Source: an uncultured Pedobacter sp. (GTDB lineage Bacteria; Bacteroidota; Bacteroidia; Sphingobacteriales; Sphingobacteriaceae). From it: DNA of 64,000 nt. Each line of letters starts with the position of its first letter. Position 1 is the stretch's first letter. The stretch is taken from contig CAZQFF010000002.1 in assembly GCA_964592575.1 (NCBI GenBank), forward strand, positions 75,460 through 139,459, written 5' to 3'. A model generated the notes under the pieces. The model did not search any database, was not told where the DNA came from, and worked only from the letters and a program-made list of their open reading frames with translations. The translations under genes and the position numbers were made by a program. This document shows positions 9,069 to 18,571 of this stretch, piece by piece.

Positions 9069-10556
9069 ATGACCACTTTCGAAATAGGTTTTAAACCATT
9101 AAGTTTAGATCTCATCCAAAATATTATTGAATCAAATGCTAAATTGGCTTTATCGAATGAAGCTATTGAAAAAATAGAGTATTGCCGCGCTTATCTTAAT
9201 CAAAAAATGGCTAATTCAGATCAACCAATTTATGGGATCAATACAGGTTTTGGATTTCTGCAGCATGTTAAAGTGGAAAAAGAAAACTTAAGCCAGCTTC
9301 AACACAATCTTTTGCTGTCTCATGCTTGCGGCACTGGCGAGGAGGTACCTCAAGGCATTGTTAAATTGATGTTGCTTTTAAAGATTCAATCACTGAGTTA
9401 TGGCCATTCTGCCGTCGCTTTATCCACCGTTAATAGGTTGATCGACTTTTATAATCATGACATTCTACCCCTTATTTATACACAGGGTTCTTTAGGTGCA
9501 TCAGGTGATTTAGCTCCTCTAGCTCATTTAAGTATTCCATTAATTGGTGCTGGAGAAGTCTATTATAAAGGTGCCAAAATGTGCAGCCAAGATATGCTTA
9601 ATGAAATGGGCTGGGAAAAAATTCAATTACAAAGCAAGGAAGGTTTAGCGCTAATTAATGGCACACAGTTTATGAGTGCATATGGCATTCATTGTTTATT
9701 AAATGCCAAAAGATTATCCCACTGGGCTGATGCTATTGCTGCGGTTTCTGTTGATGCATTTGATTGTAGGATTGACCCATTTTTAGCTGTGAGTCATGAT
9801 ATTAGACCACATAAAGGCCAAAGGCAAACCGCCGCTAATTTATTGAATTGGCTAAAGGATAGCCCAATGATCAATAAAGTAGGCAAACAAACGCAAGATC
9901 CCTATTCATTTCGTTGCATACCCCAAGTTCATGGCGCAAGTAAAGATACGCTAGATTATGTCCTTTCTATTTTTGAAACGGAAATAAATTCGGTTACCGA
10001 TAATCCCAATGTATTTCCTACAGAAGACTTAATTATTTCTGCAGGTAATTTTCATGGCCAACCATTAGCATTGGGATTTGACTTTTTAAGTATTGCCTTA
10101 GCAGAATTAGGATCCATTTCTGAGCGTCGAAATTTTCAATTAATATCTGGGGCAAGAGGTCTAAGTCCGTTCTTAGTTAATGATCCAGGTTTAAATTCTG
10201 GCTTCATGATAACTCAATATACAGCGGCTTCTATTGCAAGTGAAAACAAACAATTATGCACGCCAGCATCTGTTGACAGCATAGTTAGCAGTAATGGACA
10301 AGAAGACCATGTTAGTATGGGTGCCAATGCGGCTACGAAATGTTATCGTGTAGTTTTAAATTTAGAGCGGATTTTAGCCATAGAACTTCTAACAGCAGCT
10401 CAAGCTTTAGACATGAGAAGGCCTGATAAATCATCAGCTTTCGTTGAAGGATTACTAACTGCTTATCGAGAAAAAGTAACTTTTAATACCGCTGACCGAT
10501 TATTGGCCAGCGATATAAAGTTTAGCATTGATTTTTTGAAAAATTATAAGTTTTAG
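9069..10556 (+). CDS. hutH: Histidine ammonia-lyase
   Basis: YGINTGFG, MIO-forming GASGDLAPLAH, QDPYSFRCIPQVHG, TDNP, QEDHVSMG. Confidence 0.95.
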   Translation: MTTFEIGFKPLSLDLIQNIIESNAKLALSNEAIEKIEYCRAYLNQKMANSDQPIYGINTGFGFLQHVKVEKENLSQLQHNLLLSHACGTGEEVPQGIVKLMLLLKIQSLSYGHSAVALSTVNRLIDFYNHDILPLIYTQGSLGASGDLAPLAHLSIPLIGAGEVYYKGAKMCSQDMLNEMGWEKIQLQSKEGLALINGTQFMSAYGIHCLLNAKRLSHWADAIAAVSVDAFDCRIDPFLAVSHDIRPHKGQRQTAANLLNWLKDSPMINKVGKQTQDPYSFRCIPQVHGASKDTLDYVLSIFETEINSVTDNPNVFPTEDLIISAGNFHGQPLALGFDFLSIALAELGSISERRNFQLISGARGLSPFLVNDPGLNSGFMITQYTAASIASENKQLCTPASVDSIVSSNGQEDHVSMGANAATKCYRVVLNLERILAIELLTAAQALDMRRPDKSSAFVEGLLTAYREKVTFNTADRLLASDIKFSIDFLKNYKF

Positions 10557-11428
10557 TGCTTATAAATTAAATTAATAATTCGAGCAGGAATAGAGAGCTG
10601 GGTTTGATCAGAAATTTCTCCATTAGCTTTTTCTACACTTGCTTTTGACATTTTTAAATTTACAGGACCGATAGTTTGTAAACTCAATTCTTGGATTTTA
10701 ATTTCCTTTTCAAAATCACTTTTACCCATAAATTCTACGTTCATATTTCCTTCAGCTTTTATTTGCAAATTACCAATAGTATTTTGCTGAAACCTGAAAT
10801 CTGAGGAGGAATCTTGGCCGGCTTTTGCATCAATAATTAAGCTTTTCCAATTGTTTTTTATCAAGTTTAATTCTTTCACCGCATTCGCATTTAAACGTAA
10901 ATTTTGAAGTTTATCATTTTCTGCAATGTTTACATACTGTGCATGACTAGCTACTAAATTTAAAGAGTCAGCATTATAAAACACCTGCAATTCTTTACTA
11001 TTATTTACCACTAAGCTTTTAATGTTCGGAGAATAGACCTCTAAATAAATATGTGCAGATTTCAAGTCATTAGGGTCTTTAATTTTTATAGAAAGATCTC
11101 CTGTACCATTATTTAGGATAGTTAAATGTCCTTCTAAATTTTCTTTAAACTTTATTCCGTAATCTGCGGATGGATAATAACTGATTGTGGCATCGATGCC
11201 TTTTATGCCATCAAAGTTTAGCACCTGAAAACTACCTTGTTTTTGAGTACGCATACCCTCTTCCTTAGACTGAAAAGTTTTAGATTCTTGCGGGATTACA
11301 TCTATTTTATTCATCATCCCTTTCTCAAAATATATTCGAGAAACAGCAAACATTCCAAATATTGGAACCAGGACTAATGCCATTCCTGTAATAAGTAATA
11401 TTTTATTACTTGATTTCATCTTTTTCAT
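10553..11428 (-). CDS. Membrane-anchored protein, possibly beta-solenoid (GIN/DUF2807-like); last gene of the YtrA-type operon
   Basis: N-terminal TM ILLITGMALVLVPIFGMF; alternating-hydrophobic beta-strand repeats. Confidence 0.5.
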   Translation of the reverse strand: MKKMKSSNKILLITGMALVLVPIFGMFAVSRIYFEKGMMNKIDVIPQESKTFQSKEEGMRTQKQGSFQVLNFDGIKGIDATISYYPSADYGIKFKENLEGHLTILNNGTGDLSIKIKDPNDLKSAHIYLEVYSPNIKSLVVNNSKELQVFYNADSLNLVASHAQYVNIAENDKLQNLRLNANAVKELNLIKNNWKSLIIDAKAGQDSSSDFRFQQNTIGNLQIKAEGNMNVEFMGKSDFEKEIKIQELSLQTIGPVNLKMSKASVEKANGEISDQTQLSIPARIINLIYKH

Positions 11429-11440
11429 CTCAAGTGTTTT

Positions 11441-11815
11441 TTATATTTTAAAATTTGATTTTACAAATGCTTGGTATCCTTTCTCTAATTCATCAAATCC
11501 TACCTGAAGTAGATACATGTTTCTAAAAACAGGTGGAAGATCTTCTTCCATAAAAACACCCTTTTTATACTCCTTCACATTCTCGATAGCAGCATCGGAC
11601 AAGAAAAATCCTACGCCTCTTTTATTTTGAATGATTTCCCTATTTTGTAGTAAATCGTAAGATCGCATCACTGTGTTTGGATTTACCTCCATAGCAACTG
11701 CTAATTCCCTAACCGATGGTATCTTTTCATTGAATGTCCATTCGCCTAATAGTATACGTTCACAGATATAATCTACTATTTGAAGGTAAATGGCCTTATT
11801 ATCTTTAAATTCCAT
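11441..11815 (-). CDS. GntR-family regulator, YtrA subfamily
   Basis: AIYLQIVD, KIPSVRELA..VNPNTVMRSY..RGVGFF; 124 aa with short C-terminus. Confidence 0.92.
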   Translation of the reverse strand: MEFKDNKAIYLQIVDYICERILLGEWTFNEKIPSVRELAVAMEVNPNTVMRSYDLLQNREIIQNKRGVGFFLSDAAIENVKEYKKGVFMEEDLPPVFRNMYLLQVGFDELEKGYQAFVKSNFKI

Positions 11816-11835
11816 AAAGCAGCTATTTAATTGTT

Positions 11836-12654
11836 TTAAACTTCTTTTTCTTTAAACTTCAAATAGCTCAGTGTAAACACATATATACTAATTATGAAGA
11901 TAATAACTGTAAATACTTGCATTGGATTTATATCCCAATTTATTTTAGGCTGATCCATTTCACTAGGAATACGGCCATTAAAAATCCATTGCCCCATTTT
12001 TATCCAAATTAGAGCTAACATACCTAAACTCAATATAGTACTCAATGTTATTTTGATGTATGTAAATCGAGTAAAGGCTAAGGACCCAAATTGGTAAATA
12101 GCAACAATCATTGTCCCTATGGCTAATAGGAAAGGAAATAGATCATCTAGAAATGTTTCCAGAATTAACGGAAACTTTTGTTCAGAGCTAGCCGAGCTAA
12201 TCATGCCGTCAATACTCAGCCCTTTAGCTTCATACCAGCTTCTTAATTTTAAAATAAAAGCCATATCTACTAAATAAAAAACGATTAATAAGGCTCCTAT
12301 TCCGCAAATTAATGTATAAAAAACAGAGGCTAAAAACTTTTCTATTCGACTTGCTGGCAACATAATATCTGTTATTACTCTACCCTTATGTCCAAAATGA
12401 GAAAAATAATGATTACCGATTAAGCTTAGAAAAATAATGCTTTGCACTATAAATAAAGGGTATCTAAATGTGGTAGAAAAAATTTGATTCTCAATATTAT
12501 ATTGATTGCTTATAATAGATAAATAGCCCATCACATAACAGAAAACTGTTATAGCTAATATGATAACAAAAGTAGATAGGTAAACTTTTCCTAAATCTAA
12601 CCATTGTCTTTTCAATAGCTTAAAAAAGCGTGATATATCAAATGTTTGTTTCAT
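11836..12654 (-). CDS. ABC transporter permease-like membrane protein
   Basis: About 6 hydrophobic segments; MLPASRIEKF motif; between ABC ATPase and GntR. Confidence 0.7.
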   Translation of the reverse strand: MKQTFDISRFFKLLKRQWLDLGKVYLSTFVIILAITVFCYVMGYLSIISNQYNIENQIFSTTFRYPLFIVQSIIFLSLIGNHYFSHFGHKGRVITDIMLPASRIEKFLASVFYTLICGIGALLIVFYLVDMAFILKLRSWYEAKGLSIDGMISSASSEQKFPLILETFLDDLFPFLLAIGTMIVAIYQFGSLAFTRFTYIKITLSTILSLGMLALIWIKMGQWIFNGRIPSEMDQPKINWDINPMQVFTVIIFIISIYVFTLSYLKFKEKEV

Positions 12655-12661
12655 GTCTGGC

Positions 12662-13489
12662 TTAATTAAATAATGTTCTAATTTTATTTCTTTCCGTTAA
12701 AACGGCGTTGAAAAGTAACTCCAGGTCTAGCTTTGTTTCTTCTTGATGAAAATTTGGTAATACAGCTAAATGCCCATGTAAACCACTTTCAGAATAAATA
12801 ACTGCGTCTTCTAATTTATTAAGCTTTTTAAAACACAATTTTTCTGTAATATATTCTACAGATGCATTCAAAGCAATTTGCTGGTTATCCAACATGATAA
12901 CAGTATCAATTAGATTATCTAAATCTCTAACTTGATGTGTAGAAATTATAATGCATGTATCATCAGTTAATGCAGTAGCCATAATTTTTCTAAACTCAGC
13001 CTTAGATGGGATATCTAATCCATTTGTCGGTTCGTCCATTATGATTAATCGAGCTCTTGTTGCAAGCCCAAAGGCTATAATGAATTTCTTCTTTTGCCCA
13101 TATGACATCTGATCTAACTTTTGATCACTTGGTATGCCTAACTCATGAAGGAGGTGTGAAAAATAAGCATGATCAAACTTTGGATAAAAGATTGCACTAC
13201 GGTTTACATAAGCGTCAATTTTTACAGATGGCAAATAGATTTCTTCGGGAATAAAACAAATATCTTGTAAAAGCTCGGCTGGGCGCTTAACGGGATTAAA
13301 ACCTAATACTTCTACTTTTCCTAAATCAGGAAAAACCAGTCCTGAAATACATTTTAATAGCGTAGATTTTCCAGCTCCATTTTTACCTAGGAGCCCGTAG
13401 ATGTGTCCTGCACTTAACTTAACATTTAAATTCTCGAATAGCCACTCCTTAGATCTATAAGAAAAGTGGAGATTTTGAATTGTTATCAT
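12662..13489 (-). CDS. ABC transporter ATP-binding protein (YtrB-like)
   Basis: GKNGAGKST, MSYGQ, DEPTNGLD, ISTH. Confidence 0.92.
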   Translation of the reverse strand: MITIQNLHFSYRSKEWLFENLNVKLSAGHIYGLLGKNGAGKSTLLKCISGLVFPDLGKVEVLGFNPVKRPAELLQDICFIPEEIYLPSVKIDAYVNRSAIFYPKFDHAYFSHLLHELGIPSDQKLDQMSYGQKKKFIIAFGLATRARLIIMDEPTNGLDIPSKAEFRKIMATALTDDTCIIISTHQVRDLDNLIDTVIMLDNQQIALNASVEYITEKLCFKKLNKLEDAVIYSESGLHGHLAVLPNFHQEETKLDLELLFNAVLTERNKIRTLFN

Positions 13490-13490
13490 A

Positions 13491-13518
13491 TTAGTGTATT
13501 AGTTAAATAATACACTAA
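13491..13518. promoter_or_regulatory. YtrA-type operator: inverted repeat TTAGTGTATTA-N6-TAATACACTAA
   Basis: Perfect 11-bp arms 1 nt upstream of the ABC ATPase ATG; AGTGTA..TACACT core. Confidence 0.75.
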
Positions 13519-13610
13519 GGTATAACTATATACTAATTACATCCAAATATTTTGAAAAAAATTTTAACAATAACACACAAAGCATTGATTTACAGATAAA
13601 TAAAATAAAC

Positions 13611-13644
13611 AAAAAAGCCTCCACCTAAACTATAGGGGAGGCTT
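13611..13644 (-). terminator. Intrinsic terminator of the TonB-dependent receptor gene
   Basis: aagcctcc(a)cct/aggggaggctt stem followed by U6 on the minus strand. Confidence 0.7.
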
Positions 13645-13662
13645 CTAACTAACCTAAAATTA

Positions 13663-16026
13663 CTATAATGGAATATTAATCCCCAAATTAAAATTACGAC
13701 CAGGATTATAAATACCAATCGGCTTAAAGCGACTTAAATGATTTATATATTTAACATTACCCAAGTTTTGAGCGCTTAACCAGATGTTAATTTTACCCTT
13801 TTTTGTAGGAATACCTGTACCTATAGCAACGTCTATTAAACCATATGATGGCGTTTTAGTTTCAAAATCGGTAAATCTATTTTGAGCAAAAACATGGTTA
13901 TAGCTTAACTTTATATAACTATTAACGACATGTTTAAAACTTGGTTCAAACACAATCTCATGCTGTGTACTAGCGGCAGGTATAAATGGGAGAGCCTTTT
14001 TATCTGATAAATTAGTTCCTTTGACGATTGAAAATGAATTTTCTAAATGAAGAGCCTCAATAATATGAAAATCCAAATTAGCCTCTCCTCCTATTAAATT
14101 AGCATTATTTTGGGTAAACCTGAATACCGGAAGACTATGATCATGATCTCCATGCTCGTCTTCAATAACTTCATTATTAGATCGAGCAGCATAGATATAA
14201 TTATAAATTCTATTATTAAATGCATTTAAGCCAATAGACAAAAATTCAGAATTATACTCCAGACCTAAATCAACCTGAAAACTAGTTTCTTGCTTTAAGT
14301 TAGCGTTTCCAATTTCATATCTAAATGTTCCGTGATGTGTTCCGTTAGAACCTAATTCAGCTATATTAGGCGCTCTAAAACCCGTTCCTGCATTAGCCCT
14401 AAAAACTATATTCGAACTCAGGTCATAAGCTAAACCTAGTGATCCCGAAAAATTAGAAAAATTATTATCAAAGGAGGCAAATCGCTGTTCGCTTCCCTCA
14501 GTCAAGGATTGAGCACTTAAATTTTTATAATCATATCTTAAACCTAAATTCCAAGCTCCTTTGTCAAAATTCTTCTTTAAATAAGCAAATAGACCAATAT
14601 TAAAACTCTGATAATTTGGAATTAAATATTCTTGCCCTTCATTAGCATTACTTTGATACATCCCTTGTAATCCAAAAGTTGGTTCCCAACCATTCAAATT
14701 ACCCAATGCGTATTTTATGTCGTATGTAAATGAATTTAAACCCATCTTGATCCCTACACCACCATCTTCTTCGTGTGCATGTTCATCTTCTGCATGAACA
14801 TCTCCTTCATGCGTTTCTCCATCAAGCCCATGCTCATCTTCATGAGCATGAAACTCAGTTCTCTTATTTCTTTGAAATCCAAAACTAGATTTAAGCTGCC
14901 CGCTACCAAGTAAGATATTACTATTCAAAGCCGTTCTAAAATGAGTAATATGTTGGTAAGGATTATTTAGCTTTCTAGATAATAAAGAATGATCGCCACT
15001 AAAATGGAAACTTCCATCATCTTCTGGACCTTCTTCAATTAATCCAATATTCGTATCAAATCTAGAAACTGTAAGGTGACTATAACCCCAACTTTTATTA
15101 ACACCTAGTAAAGCACTTAGATTATTCTCATTAAAACCAGAATTAGGCACATAAGCTCCAGGACTTCTAAAAGCATGAGCATTTTTATAAGAAGCTCGAG
15201 CTCTATACACAAAACCATTTTGATTCCCCTGATACATTAAAGAAGAAGCACTTAAGCCATTGTTACTGCTATAAGCCGTAGTGAAACTACCCTGTTGAGT
15301 ACCATGTGCTGGCACAAAATCATCGATTACATTGATTACACCCCCTAAAGCATCAGACCCATATAATAAACTAGCAGGGCCTTTTAAAATTTCAACTCTA
15401 GAAGCAGAAAACTGATCCAATTGAACACCATGTTCCTCACCCCATTGTTGAGATTCTTCACGAACCCCGTCAACTATAGTTAATACTCGATTAAAGCCTA
15501 ACCCCCTTATACTCGGTTTAGAGATAGCTGCACCTGTACTAACTTGTTCTATACCAGGCAATTTTGCTAAAGCCTCAATTAGATTATTTGCGCCAGATTG
15601 CGTTAACTTTTCTCGATTACTGGTAATAACAGCCAAACTACTATGTTTGGATTTGCCACTAAACGGCGTACCAGTAATAACTACCTCAGCGCTCTCAATA
15701 ACTGCAGTTTCCATTTCAAGTAAAATAGTATTTGGATACTGCATATCTACTAAAACTGAATTCGCTTTGTAGCCTAAATAACGAACCTCCAATAAAAATT
15801 TCCCCTTATTAGGTAAGTTTTTCAGCACAAATTCACCTTGGTAATTAGTTTGTGTGTTTATTTTCAAATCATTAATAAAAACAGTGGCTCCAGGTAATGG
15901 ATGTTTAGTTTCTTTATCAATTACTTTTCCGCTAATTTCTGCAAACGCAGTACCTTCAATAGCAAAAGAAGAGAAGTTAAATGCTAGTAAAAAAGCTAGC
16001 ACAGGCAATAATATCTTAAATTTCAT
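13663..16026 (-). CDS. TonB-dependent receptor with His/acid-rich loops (metal uptake, ZnuD-like)
   Basis: Signal peptide; CarboxypepD_reg-like N-domain; plug (PSIRG, VEILKGPASLLYGSDALGGVIN); PGRNF C-terminus; HAHEDEHG..HAEDEHAHEE and EDEHGDHDH loops. Confidence 0.9.
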   Translation of the reverse strand: MKFKILLPVLAFLLAFNFSSFAIEGTAFAEISGKVIDKETKHPLPGATVFINDLKINTQTNYQGEFVLKNLPNKGKFLLEVRYLGYKANSVLVDMQYPNTILLEMETAVIESAEVVITGTPFSGKSKHSSLAVITSNREKLTQSGANNLIEALAKLPGIEQVSTGAAISKPSIRGLGFNRVLTIVDGVREESQQWGEEHGVQLDQFSASRVEILKGPASLLYGSDALGGVINVIDDFVPAHGTQQGSFTTAYSSNNGLSASSLMYQGNQNGFVYRARASYKNAHAFRSPGAYVPNSGFNENNLSALLGVNKSWGYSHLTVSRFDTNIGLIEEGPEDDGSFHFSGDHSLLSRKLNNPYQHITHFRTALNSNILLGSGQLKSSFGFQRNKRTEFHAHEDEHGLDGETHEGDVHAEDEHAHEEDGGVGIKMGLNSFTYDIKYALGNLNGWEPTFGLQGMYQSNANEGQEYLIPNYQSFNIGLFAYLKKNFDKGAWNLGLRYDYKNLSAQSLTEGSEQRFASFDNNFSNFSGSLGLAYDLSSNIVFRANAGTGFRAPNIAELGSNGTHHGTFRYEIGNANLKQETSFQVDLGLEYNSEFLSIGLNAFNNRIYNYIYAARSNNEVIEDEHGDHDHSLPVFRFTQNNANLIGGEANLDFHIIEALHLENSFSIVKGTNLSDKKALPFIPAASTQHEIVFEPSFKHVVNSYIKLSYNHVFAQNRFTDFETKTPSYGLIDVAIGTGIPTKKGKINIWLSAQNLGNVKYINHLSRFKPIGIYNPGRNFNLGINIPL

Positions 16027-16125
16027 AAATGTGTTTTAAGGTTAGAAAAAAAATTCTAATAAATTGATGCATAGACATAGTATATGCCTATAATTGGCTA
16101 ATAAACAAGCCTAGTATAAAAGAAA

Positions 16126-16461
16126 TTAAGATAAGGAAGGGGGACCTCTTAGTTGAGCATGTGGAATCTCAGTATCCACATCTAGCTCTACAAGGTTAAT
16201 AAATTTGAAATCCTGATAAAGGTTTATAAGTGGCTCAACTTCATTTGACAATATAAATGCCTTTTCAAAATGAGCTTTACAAACTAGACAATTATCTTTT
16301 TGCGTAGTAACATGTATCTTATGCGTACAATGCTCCTCTGCAACCTGTACACTGCGACTTTCATGTTGGTGAAAAATAGAGAATGGGGTAATAGCAAAAA
16401 GAAACACGCCTAGTAATAGACGGGTAAACAGTTTTATCATATTTTCCCTTTTATTTTTCAT
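16126..16461 (-). CDS. His/Cys-rich small protein ending RGPP (DUF2946/CruR-like leader ORF); start revised to 16461 or 16440
   Basis: Hydrophobic N-segment, HQH, HCTHKIH, CLVCKAH, LRGPPSLS*; 99 nt upstream of the TBDT; -7 box TAATTTTG at 16473-16480. Confidence 0.7.
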   Translation of the reverse strand: MKNKRENMIKLFTRLLLGVFLFAITPFSIFHQHESRSVQVAEEHCTHKIHVTTQKDNCLVCKAHFEKAFILSNEVEPLINLYQDFKFINLVELDVDTEIPHAQLRGPPSLS

Positions 16462-16472
16462 ATTGCGGAAAA

Positions 16473-16507
16473 CAAAATTATTCATTTAATTAAAAATCCT
16501 AAATTTG
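16473..16507. promoter_or_regulatory. Back-to-back -7 boxes: TAATTTTG (-, 16473-16480) and TAAATTTG (+, 16500-16507)
   Basis: TAnnTTTG matches facing the leader/TBDT and hutU. Confidence 0.5.
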
Positions 16508-16528
16508 AATTTGTAACATTGCCTTGAT

Positions 16529-18196
16529 ATGACCACTAAAACTCTAGAAAACTTAAACTTATCTAAAAAAATGACTCCTCAAGGGAATCAATTAACTTGT
16601 AAAGGCTGGGTGCAAGAAGCCGCATTGCGAATGTTATTAAACAACCTTGACCCAGAAGTTGCCGAAAAACCGGAAGAATTAATTGTATATGGTGGTAGAG
16701 GAAAAGCGGCAAGAAATAAAGAAGCATTAGCCCTTATTATCAAAGCACTTCAAAATTTAGAAGAAGATGAAACGCTATTAATACAGTCAGGTAAACCAGT
16801 GGGGATTTTACCGACTCACAAGGATGCTCCCCGTGTGTTAATTTCAAACTCTCAGCTTGTCCCTAAATGGGCAACGCAAGCTCATTTTGATGAGTTAGAA
16901 GATAAAGGTCTAATGATGTATGGTCAAATGACAGCTGGTTCTTGGATATATATTGGTTCGCAAGGAATTGTTCAAGGAACTTATGAAACCTACGCAGCAT
17001 TAGCAAGAAAGCACTTTAATGGCGACCTCAGTGGAACCTTAAATGTTACAGCAGGATTAGGCGGGATGGGAGGTGCACAACCTCTGGCTATTACGATGAA
17101 TAAAGGTGTTTGCTTAGCGGCTGATGTAGAAGAGTGGAGAATTAAGAAAAGATTAGAAACTCGATATATTGACGAAATTGAATACAACATTGATATTGCT
17201 ATCGATAAAGCAATAGCTTATAAATCACAAAACAAAGCTATTTCAATAGGCGTCGTTTGTAACGCCGTTGAATTATTACAGGAATTAATCGATCGAAATA
17301 TAACCCCAGATACACTTACTGATCAGACATCAGCTCACGACCCACTAATTGGATATTTTCCAGTCAATTTGACTGTAGAAGAAGCCAATAAGCTTAGAGA
17401 GACTAATCCTGAAGAGTATATTAAAAGGTCATATGCCACTATGGCAAAACATGTAGAACTCATGCTTCAATTGCAAAAAAATGGGGCTATTACATTTGAT
17501 TATGGCAATAATCTAAGAGGTAGAGCTTTTGAAGTGGGTATAAAAAATGCCTTTGATTTTCCAGGTTTTGTTCCAGCCTATATTCGTCCATTATTTTGCG
17601 AAGGTAAAGGACCTTTTAGATGGGCAGCCTTAAGTGGGGATCCGCAAGACATCTATGAAACCGATAAGGTCATTTTGGAATTATTTCCAGAAAACGAAGC
17701 CTTAAAACGATGGATTCAAATGGCTCAAGAAAGAATCGCCTTTCAAGGTTTGCCTGCTAGAATTTGTTGGCTAGGTCAAGGAGAGCGTGAAAAAGCCGGT
17801 TTAGCGTTTAATAAACTAGTAGCTGAAGGTAAGGTAAAAGCACCAATTGTAATTGGCAGAGATCATTTAGATACGGGTTCCGTTGCCTCTCCTAACAGAG
17901 AGACAGAGGCAATGTTAGACGGCTCAGATGCCGTTGCCGATTGGCCCATTTTAAATGCCTTAATCAATACAGCAGGAGGTGCAAGTTGGGTTTCATTACA
18001 TCATGGAGGAGGGGTTGGTATAGGCTACTCCATTCACGCTGGAATGGTTGTAGTTGCCGATGGAACTGAAGATGCGGCAAGGCGGCTTAAAAGAGTATTG
18101 CACAATGACCCGGCAATGGGTGTAATTAGACATGCCGATGCAGGTTATGACATTGCATTAGATACTTTGCGTAAACACCGTTTAGGTTTAAAATAA
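16529..18196 (+). CDS. hutU: Urocanate hydratase
   Basis: [58 protein letters not shown]. Confidence 0.97.
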   Translation: MTTKTLENLNLSKKMTPQGNQLTCKGWVQEAALRMLLNNLDPEVAEKPEELIVYGGRGKAARNKEALALIIKALQNLEEDETLLIQSGKPVGILPTHKDAPRVLISNSQLVPKWATQAHFDELEDKGLMMYGQMTAGSWIYIGSQGIVQGTYETYAALARKHFNGDLSGTLNVTAGLGGMGGAQPLAITMNKGVCLAADVEEWRIKKRLETRYIDEIEYNIDIAIDKAIAYKSQNKAISIGVVCNAVELLQELIDRNITPDTLTDQTSAHDPLIGYFPVNLTVEEANKLRETNPEEYIKRSYATMAKHVELMLQLQKNGAITFDYGNNLRGRAFEVGIKNAFDFPGFVPAYIRPLFCEGKGPFRWAALSGDPQDIYETDKVILELFPENEALKRWIQMAQERIAFQGLPARICWLGQGEREKAGLAFNKLVAEGKVKAPIVIGRDHLDTGSVASPNRETEAMLDGSDAVADWPILNALINTAGGASWVSLHHGGGVGIGYSIHAGMVVVADGTEDAARRLKRVLHNDPAMGVIRHADAGYDIALDTLRKHRLGLK

Positions 18197-18199
18197 ATT

Positions 18200-18571
18200 A
18201 TGTTAAAATCCTTTATTTTAGTCGGAATCGGGGGTGCCGTTGGCAGCATGTTAAGGTATGGGACCTCATTATGGCTGAATCCAATTAAGCTAGGAAACTT
18301 TCCTTATGCCACACTTTTAGCCAACTTATTTGGCTGTTTCTTGATAGGTATATTCATGGGATTATGGGGTAAATCAATCCATTCAAACTTTTACCAATTA
18401 ACTGTTATTGGATTTTGCGGAGGCTATACAACATTTTCAACTTTTTCATATGAAAATTTAGCCATGTGGCAAAGCGGATCTTATATTAATCTTATCATTT
18501 ATATGTTGCTTAGTATAATCGGCGGACTTGCTTTAGTGAGCTTAGGCTATTTTTTATTAATTAGACTTTAA
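18200..18571 (+). CDS. crcB: Fluoride channel Fluc/CrcB
   Basis: GGAVGSMLRY, FPYATLLAN..GCF, GFCGGYTTFSTFSYE. Confidence 0.92.
   Translation: MLKSFILVGIGGAVGSMLRYGTSLWLNPIKLGNFPYATLLANLFGCFLIGIFMGLWGKSIHSNFYQLTVIGFCGGYTTFSTFSYENLAMWQSGSYINLIIYMLLSIIGGLALVSLGYFLLIRL

Noticed and set aside
16486-16528. Zur/Fur box upstream of the metal TBDT operon
   Set aside because: Only a half-site-like GTAACATT and no palindrome; not supportable
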